Source: Candidatus Heimdallarchaeota archaeon
GTDB lineage: Archaea > Asgardarchaeota > Heimdallarchaeia > Hodarchaeales > Hodarchaeaceae
DNA length: 64,000 bases
Assembly: GCA_020353515.1 (NCBI GenBank)
Contig: CP070695.1
Span: forward strand, 3,009,428-3,073,427
Reading direction: 5' to 3'
The translations under genes and the position numbers were made by a program. The notes beneath the pieces are model-generated. The model was not told where the DNA came from, ran no database searches, and saw only the letters and a program-made list of their open reading frames with translations. Every line of letters begins with the position of its first letter. Positions within the stretch are counted from its first letter, which is position 1. Shown here one piece after another: positions 58,086 through 64,000 of the stretch.

Positions 58086-58451
58086 ATGGACGACGTTAAA
58101 ATTATTCTTTCATTCTTGTGGGTGGCTGTGGTACTCTGTTATTTGTATGGCGATGTGTTTTCCATATTAGCTGGTGATTTTAAGCTGGGAGAAATAGATG
58201 GGAAGCCATTAACCGAGACTATGGTATTAGTGATGGCCGTAATAATGATTATTCCAATTATTATGATTGTTCTGACCCTCCTGGTAGATGATCCTGTGAG
58301 TCGTGGGGTAAACATTATCGTAGCAGTAATCTATTTCGGATTTAATCTCTTTTCAATTAGAGGCTATCCTCTCTATGAAAAATTTACATTACTGGTTTCG
58401 ATGGGATTCAATCTAGTAATAGTTTATATTGCATGGAGTTGGGTAATTTAA
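58086..58451 (+). CDS. DUF6326 family membrane protein
   Basis: LS.LW....L.YLYGD, IP..MI.L.L, R..NIIV, I...AW.W. Confidence 0.75.
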   Translation: MDDVKIILSFLWVAVVLCYLYGDVFSILAGDFKLGEIDGKPLTETMVLVMAVIMIIPIIMIVLTLLVDDPVSRGVNIIVAVIYFGFNLFSIRGYPLYEKFTLLVSMGFNLVIVYIAWSWVI

Positions 58452-58467
58452 AGAAAGTTTATAATCG

Positions 58468-59481
58468 GTGAAAAAAATGAAAAATAAAATGAAAGCAGTA
58501 ATTTGTACGAAATACGGACCCCCAGAGGTTCTTAAGCTTGTAGAAATAGAAAAACCCCAACACCAAGATGATGAAGTTTTAATTAGAAACTATGGTACTT
58601 CAATTAATACTGTAGACATGCTGCATCGTGGTGGAAAAGCTCCGAAAGTAGCTTTCTGGGGAATAAAGCGGTTAGTAGGATTTTTTCTCAGACGAGAATT
58701 TGGGGGATTACGAAAACCTAAACAAAAAATTGTTGGTGGTGGGTTTGTAGGTGAAATTGTATCTATTGGAACAGACGTTTCAGATTGGTCCGTGGGAGAC
58801 CATGTCTATGGCTATTCCGAGAAAGGGGGAGCTTGTGCTGAATATATGGCTGTCCCTGCATCTGTATTGGCGAAGAAACCTTCAAATTTAAGCTTTCAAG
58901 AAGCTGCTGCCGTCCCTGGGGGATCTACACCTGCACTAGTAGCTTTTAGGGATTTAGTAACACCTAATAAAGGGGATAAAGTCCTCATCATCGGTGCTTC
59001 GGGAGGAATCGGGACTTTTGCCGTGCAAATGGCTAAGAATGTTTATGGTGCTGAAGTCACTGGGGTGTGTGGCCCCACTAATGTAGATATGGTAAAAGAG
59101 ATTGGAGCAGACTTTGTTATAGATTATTCCAAGGAGGATTATACCAAAAGCGATTCTAAGTATGATATAATCTTAGATGTAGTTTCAGCACAAAATCTTT
59201 CAAAATGCAAGAACATTCTAGCCTCTGAAGGAACTTATATTGCAAATAATCCCATAAGTAGTCCAAGAAACATTTTTCATATAATGACAAACAATAAGAG
59301 ATTTAAAACTGGCACAGCAGATGAAAGTGCGGCTGCTATGAATTTAATTTGTGAATGGATAGAAGAGGGAAAGATCAAACCCGTAATAGATACAGTATAT
59401 CCCTTAAGCCAAACAGTGGAGGCTCATCGCCATTACGAGACAGGACGTTCCAAAGGACGAGTGGTAATTAGTATTGAGTAA
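58468..59481 (+). CDS. NAD(P)-dependent MDR-family oxidoreductase (MDR1/quinone-reductase-like)
   Basis: YGPPEVL, AEY, EAAAVP, GASGGIGTFAVQ.AK, GAD.VIDY, KPVID..YPL, GR.KG.VV. Confidence 0.9.
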   Translation: MKKMKNKMKAVICTKYGPPEVLKLVEIEKPQHQDDEVLIRNYGTSINTVDMLHRGGKAPKVAFWGIKRLVGFFLRREFGGLRKPKQKIVGGGFVGEIVSIGTDVSDWSVGDHVYGYSEKGGACAEYMAVPASVLAKKPSNLSFQEAAAVPGGSTPALVAFRDLVTPNKGDKVLIIGASGGIGTFAVQMAKNVYGAEVTGVCGPTNVDMVKEIGADFVIDYSKEDYTKSDSKYDIILDVVSAQNLSKCKNILASEGTYIANNPISSPRNIFHIMTNNKRFKTGTADESAAAMNLICEWIEEGKIKPVIDTVYPLSQTVEAHRHYETGRSKGRVVISIE

Positions 59482-59496
59482 ATAGAAGGAATTCCA

Positions 59497-59907
59497 ATGG
59501 CTTTGGAAGACAGAAAAATAGATGTGAAGCTAAAGCTTGCAGCTCTTTGGTGCTCATTAGTATTAATATATCTCTATGCGGATCTCTTCGGATTTTACAT
59601 ACCAGGGCATATAGATCAGTTAAGAGGAGGAGAGATTGCAGGTTTTCAAATTACTCAAGTTTTATTATTGGGATTTATGATTCTAATGACTATTCCGAGT
59701 CTAATGGTTTTCCTGTCGCTGACATTGAAAGCAAAAATGAACCGCTGGACAAATATCATCGTAGCCTTATTGCAACTTGTTTTTGTGCTAGCGGGGATAT
59801 TTGATCCAAATATCTATTTTATTTTTGCCTCTGGTGTAGAAATTGTACTTCTTTTGCTGATTATCTGGTACGCATGGACGTGGCCAACACAGGAAAGTTC
59901 ATCCTGA
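59497..59907 (+). CDS. DUF6326 family membrane protein
   Basis: KLAALW...L.YLYAD.FGFY.PG, IPSLMVFLSL.L...NRW.NII, WYAW.WP. Confidence 0.82.
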   Translation: MALEDRKIDVKLKLAALWCSLVLIYLYADLFGFYIPGHIDQLRGGEIAGFQITQVLLLGFMILMTIPSLMVFLSLTLKAKMNRWTNIIVALLQLVFVLAGIFDPNIYFIFASGVEIVLLLLIIWYAWTWPTQESSS

Positions 59908-60030
59908 TCACATTCTATTTTATTCACATAATTCTCTTACTAAGATATAATATAATCCAAATAACAAAGCACCAAGAAATTTAAGGATTAGTGTGAAACC
60001 AAGAAGAAACTACAGAGGAAGAGCTAGGTA

Positions 60031-60963
60031 GTGAATACAATGAAAAATAAAGAAACTATGAGAGCAATCGTTGTCACAAAATTTGGATCACCAGATAACT
60101 TAGAATTAATGGAGGTAGAGAAACCTACTCCAGAAGATAATGAAGTCCTGATTAAAGTGCATGCTGCGACTGTAACCATAGGTGACACAATATTACTGAA
60201 GCTTCGATTCCCCCTCTGGTTCCTGTTACAAATCTTTGGTATGAAACGAAAAAAATTACCAGGACATGAATTTTCTGGGATAGTTGAAGCTGTAGGTCAA
60301 AGTGTTACAAAATTTGAAAAAGGGGATCAAGTATTTGGAACGACTAGTGGATTAGACGTAGGTGCGAATGCTGAGTACGTTTGTCTACCTGAAGAATGGT
60401 CTAAAGGAATAATAGCATTAAAACCAACGAATATGAGCTATGAAGAAGCAGCTGCTGTTCCTATTGGAGGAATGACAGCATTACATATTCTTAGAAAGGG
60501 GGATATTCAATACGGACAGAAAGTGCTTGTATACGGAGCTTCAGGAAGTGTAGGATCATTCGCCGTACAAATTGCCAAAGCTTTTGGAGCAGAGGTTACT
60601 GGAGTATGTAGCACCACAAATTTAGAATTGGTGAAATCTTTAGGGGCAAACAAAGTCATAGATTATACAAAAGAAGATTTTACGAAAAGTGGTGAGATTT
60701 ACGATGTAATTTTTGATGCAGTAATTAAAACTTCTGCTAGGGCTTGTAAAAAAATATTAGCGAAAGGGGGGAAGTTTCTTTCAGCTAGATCATCAACTAA
60801 AGAATCAACCGAAATTTTAGAGTATCTCAAAGAACTTATTGAAGCAGGGAAGTTAAAATCGGCTATTGATAGAACCTATCCTCTGAATCAAGTACCCGAG
60901 GCGTACCGTTATGTCAATAAAGGGCATAAAAAAGGAAATGTAGTAATCTTGGTGCAAGAATAA
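60031..60963 (+). CDS. NAD(P)-dependent MDR-family oxidoreductase
   Basis: PGHEFSG.VEAVG, GASGSVGSFAVQIAK, VIDYTKEDF, GHKKGNVV. Confidence 0.9.
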   Translation: MNTMKNKETMRAIVVTKFGSPDNLELMEVEKPTPEDNEVLIKVHAATVTIGDTILLKLRFPLWFLLQIFGMKRKKLPGHEFSGIVEAVGQSVTKFEKGDQVFGTTSGLDVGANAEYVCLPEEWSKGIIALKPTNMSYEEAAAVPIGGMTALHILRKGDIQYGQKVLVYGASGSVGSFAVQIAKAFGAEVTGVCSTTNLELVKSLGANKVIDYTKEDFTKSGEIYDVIFDAVIKTSARACKKILAKGGKFLSARSSTKESTEILEYLKELIEAGKLKSAIDRTYPLNQVPEAYRYVNKGHKKGNVVILVQE

Positions 60964-61136
60964 GTAGAAGAGTAAATCTTTGAAACAAAACCATAATTTA
61001 AGATTTATTGATGAATGAACTTTTGATTGATCAGTAGAATATGTGAAAGTTAATTTTCTTCAATAACTGGATGAAGATGCAAATTAACAATTGATAAACA
61101 CCAGTATGTTGAAAAAGGTTTCCTCAAAGGAGAAGC

Positions 61137-61685
61137 GTGGAGAATGTGGATATGACTGAACTAAAGCAACCATTTAGTTTGCGACATACATTTTATCCTA
61201 AGTGTCCTTACAATGATTCAGTAGTTATATTGATTTCACGGTTAGGCGTGATCGTTCTTGGTACCCTCGGGTTAAGTTTTCTTAATGTATTGGTAGCTGG
61301 GATATATTTACTATATTCTGTCATTTACAACATTTTGATATGGCCTATTATTCATTGTCAATATTGTTATTACAAGGTTAAGGGACCTGCAGCAGATAGT
61401 GAAAATGGGGGTGTTACATTTGACCTGTTACCTCTAGAAGAATGGAAAGAATCATATTTACACAGGCATGTTACCTGTGGTAAAAAATGGGGTACTCCCA
61501 ATCTAGTCATTTTATGGTTGGGTCCTATTCTCTTAATACCGATTTCTTTCTTTGTTAATTTTTCAGTAATTGCTTTACTTTCTTTAATCAGTTTCATAGG
61601 TTTTCTGGCGATATTCGGGATTTACATGAGGAAAAGGGTCTGCTTAAAATGCGCTTTCATGGAAGAGTGCCATGCAGCGTTTTAA
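61137..61685 (+). CDS. Cys-rich hypothetical membrane protein
   Basis: About 4 TMs with HCQYCYY, TCG and C-terminal CLKCAFMEEC. Confidence 0.7.
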   Translation: MENVDMTELKQPFSLRHTFYPKCPYNDSVVILISRLGVIVLGTLGLSFLNVLVAGIYLLYSVIYNILIWPIIHCQYCYYKVKGPAADSENGGVTFDLLPLEEWKESYLHRHVTCGKKWGTPNLVILWLGPILLIPISFFVNFSVIALLSLISFIGFLAIFGIYMRKRVCLKCAFMEECHAAF

Positions 61686-61698
61686 TGGGTGAAAACAG

Positions 61699-62442
61699 AT
61701 GAAAAAGAAATATGGAAAGAATATGTCATCAAAGGGATATTATTTTAAAAACACCTTTAGATATTGGAGAAAGACCTTCAAGATGTTGTTCCGTTATGAG
61801 TCATCTGAATGGTCTGAAATCACTGTAGATGAATTGTATAAACGTTTTAATACTAATCAACCAACATTAATACCATTAATACTTGATATTCGTACCATTC
61901 GGGAATATACTGATGCACACGTTCCAACTGCTAGACAAATTTACGTTACTGAAATAAAAGCCAATTTAGAGAGTCTACAGACATTCAAGGAAAAAGAAAT
62001 TGTTACAATTTGTCCAGGAGGAGGTTTATCTTTGGTGGCTGTTGATATTTTAGTTGATGCAGGTTTTAAAGATGTTAAAAGCTTAAAGGATGGTATGGAT
62101 CTTTGGGTTAAAAAGGGATATCCAACTACCACAAATGATGCATTTTTCTACCCTTCTAAAAGTGATAGAAAAATAATCGAAAAAGAGTCTTTAGATAAAG
62201 AATATCATGGGAATATCCATCATACTGTAGATGCAAAAGGATTACACTGCCCTCACCCTATTATGAAATCTGTAAAAGCTCTGAGAGCATTAGAAATTGG
62301 TCAGGTGCTTGAGATTTTAACCACTGATCCAGGAAGTAAAACTGATATACCAGCTTGGGTACGTTCAACTGGTCATACACTCTTAATCTCGGAACAACGC
62401 GGTCCTAAAGAGTTCCGTTTTCTTGTCAAGCGAATGAAATAA
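61699..62442 (+). CDS. Rhodanese-TusA fusion sulfurtransferase
   Basis: LDIR...EY...HVP.A, active-site loop CPGG, L.DGM..W...GYP; C-terminal VDAKGLHCPHP...TTDPGSKTDIPAW....GH (TusA/SirA). Confidence 0.9.
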   Translation: MKKKYGKNMSSKGYYFKNTFRYWRKTFKMLFRYESSEWSEITVDELYKRFNTNQPTLIPLILDIRTIREYTDAHVPTARQIYVTEIKANLESLQTFKEKEIVTICPGGGLSLVAVDILVDAGFKDVKSLKDGMDLWVKKGYPTTTNDAFFYPSKSDRKIIEKESLDKEYHGNIHHTVDAKGLHCPHPIMKSVKALRALEIGQVLEILTTDPGSKTDIPAWVRSTGHTLLISEQRGPKEFRFLVKRMK

Positions 62443-62444
62443 TG

Positions 62445-62567
62445 TTCAACCCGTTCCTCCAAGGATAAAGATAATAATCCCTCCTATTCTTCCAATTGGG
62501 CCAGTTGGTTCAGTATTTCCCGATACTGCCCTTTTTCAAACTGTTCTTTTAAATTTGGTAATGTCAT
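62445..62567 (-). pseudogene. Possible N-terminal relic of a helical-repeat (TPR-like) protein
   Basis: MTLPNLKEQFEKGQYREILNQLAQLEE*EGLLSLSLEERVEH: coding-like amphipathic helices interrupted by TAG at 62484-62486 and ending at the stop of the convergent gene. Confidence 0.3.
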
Positions 62568-62736
62568 TCTTAGGTCAGACTTCTTTTCGCTCAATTTTTT
62601 GTAAAATAGTTCTCCAAGCTGGGTTATATTATTCTTTTCACTCAAAGAGTGTTATGGTGATGTTACATACTCATTAAGCACTATAAGAGAATAAGGATAC
62701 TGAGAAAGAAAAAGTAATAACCAAGGGGAACACTAT

Positions 62737-63303
62737 ATGGAATTACTGAAAATAATCCTGATAGGAGACGGGTCGGTGGGAAAGACTTCAATTCGTAGAC
62801 GCTATCTAGGCAACGGATTTCCCATGCAATATTTACCTACATTAGGAGCAGATTTTTCAGTAAAAAATGAGATAATCTGTGGAAAAAAGATAAGCTTCCA
62901 AATCTGGGATCTCGCAGGACAACCTGTTTTTGAGACGATTAGGAAGATGTATTATCACGGTGCAAGAGGCGCTTTCATTGTCTGTGATGTCAGTAATCCA
63001 GAGTCAGTGATGAACATACATAATTGGATAGATGAGCTGTGGAGAAATAACGGGCACGGGCCAATTCCGTTCGTGATTCTGGGGAATAAAATAGATCTGA
63101 GAGATACTGGAGAGTACTGTATTCCAGATCAAACAATACAAGGAATTGTCAGGGGAATAACGACCACCACAGGAGAAGATTTACCGTTCAACGTTACCTA
63201 TTTACCTACTAGTGCTAATACAGGAGAAAATATCACTGAAGCGTTTAAACGACTAGGAATACAGGTCTCATCACATAGAATGTTTTTATCGCAATACGCA
63301 TAA
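62737..63303 (+). CDS. Rab/Ras-like small GTPase
   Basis: G1 GDGSVGKT, G2 PTLGADF, G3 WDLAGQ, G4 NKID, G5 TSA; Rab-like F...R.MYY.GA.GA; no C-terminal Cys. Confidence 0.93.
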   Translation: MELLKIILIGDGSVGKTSIRRRYLGNGFPMQYLPTLGADFSVKNEIICGKKISFQIWDLAGQPVFETIRKMYYHGARGAFIVCDVSNPESVMNIHNWIDELWRNNGHGPIPFVILGNKIDLRDTGEYCIPDQTIQGIVRGITTTTGEDLPFNVTYLPTSANTGENITEAFKRLGIQVSSHRMFLSQYA

Positions 63304-63527
63304 AATCCTTTGGTCTCATTAGCAGTTGATGAGACCGCTCAAACGGTTGATCAGTTCTTGAACAAGAAGCTTTTTCTTCTCTATGCTTAAGGAGAAGAGT
63401 ATTTTGACAATTATTTTCGTTGAAATAACAGGCTTATTCACTGACCAAGGATTTTAAACAACAATTTGATAAGTAAAAAAAATCATTTTTAAGCCCATCT
63501 TGATCCAGAATCAGGAGGAACTCTTTT

Positions 63528-64000
63528 TTGTCTGAAGAAACATTAGACCCCAAAGATTGGGAAGAACAACGAAAAATAGGCCATCAGATGATCGATGATA
63601 TGATCGAACATCTGAAAAATATTAGAGAAAAACCAGTATGGCAACCAATTCCATCAGAAATTAAAGATAGAGCTCGAAAACCAATACCTAAAGAAAGTCA
63701 GAAGATCAAAGCAATTTATGATGAAATAAAAGAAATAGTAATACCTTTCACATTGGGGAATACCCACCCCTCCTTCTGGGGATGGGTTGTGGGTACAGGT
63801 ACTTTATTTAGCGCTTTTGGAGACTTCATTGCTTCAGCATTAAACCAGCCATCTGGAGGTCTGGAACATATAGCCATTTATGTAGAGCGTCAAATTCTAG
63901 AGTGGGTCAAAGACATGTTGGGCTATGACCAACAAGCGTCGGGATTGATAACTAGAGGCGCTTCCATGGCAAGTGTTGTTGGGCTAACTGTGGCACGAAA
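63528..64000 (+). CDS. PLP-dependent aromatic L-amino-acid decarboxylase family (group II), 3'-partial
   Basis: Translated by hand from TTG 63528 (AGGAGG at 63513-63518): SEETLDPKDWEEQRKIGHQMIDDM...REKPVWQP...GNTHPSFWGWVVGTG...E.QILEW.K.MLGY...ASGLIT.GASMA. Not in the supplied ORF track. Confidence 0.88.
   Translation, partial: MSEETLDPKDWEEQRKIGHQMIDDMIEHLKNIREKPVWQPIPSEIKDRARKPIPKESQKIKAIYDEIKEIVIPFTLGNTHPSFWGWVVGTGTLFSAFGDFIASALNQPSGGLEHIAIYVERQILEWVKDMLGYDQQASGLITRGASMASVVGLTVAR

Noticed and set aside
4180-62132. Short antisense or alternate-frame ORFs in the track (e.g. 7349-7696, 21351-21617, 41734-42111, 53022-53345)
   Set aside because: They are nested in well-supported genes and have no motifs; treated as shadow ORFs.
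1-64000. CRISPR array, rRNA, tRNA, integrase or transposase
   Set aside because: No regularly spaced 25-45 bp repeats with unique spacers, no cloverleaf or rRNA-like GC-rich tract, and no DDE/HUH/tyrosine-recombinase motifs were recognised by eye.

Overview
AT-rich archaeal-type genomic window. It is most consistent with an Asgard archaeon of the Heimdallarchaeia/Hodarchaeales type. This is an inference from the Rab-like small GTPase, the PGF-CTERM-like surface proteins, the expanded winged-helix family and the TATA-type promoters. I found no rRNA, tRNA, CRISPR array or intact transposase. It reads as a high-turnover accessory region: an ABC (MacB/LolCDE-type) exporter operon, MFS transporters, GH2/GH4 glycosidases, GNATs, methyltransferases, hydrolases, surface-anchored beta-propeller proteins, tandemly duplicated DUF4386/DUF6326/MDR genes and at least six gene relics. 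The best candidate for an undescribed system is the three-gene locus at 38944-44169. It comprises (i) a GlnD/GlnE-type nucleotidyltransferase fused to an intact calcineurin-like metallophosphoesterase and a C-terminal CBS-like region, (ii) a closely coupled upstream gene encoding an ATC-hydrolase/V4R-like domain, a winged-helix-like domain and HEAT repeats, and (iii) a divergent small protein that aligns along most of its length with the middle domain of (ii). Together they look like a reversible-nucleotidylation (writer/eraser) signalling module. Other highlights are a single-pass receptor-like protein with a cytoplasmic wHTH, a secreted WD40-serine beta-lactamase-fold fusion, three clear palindromic operator arrays and a GTAG-REP-like double hairpin. 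All product calls come from motif reading only; no database searches were run.
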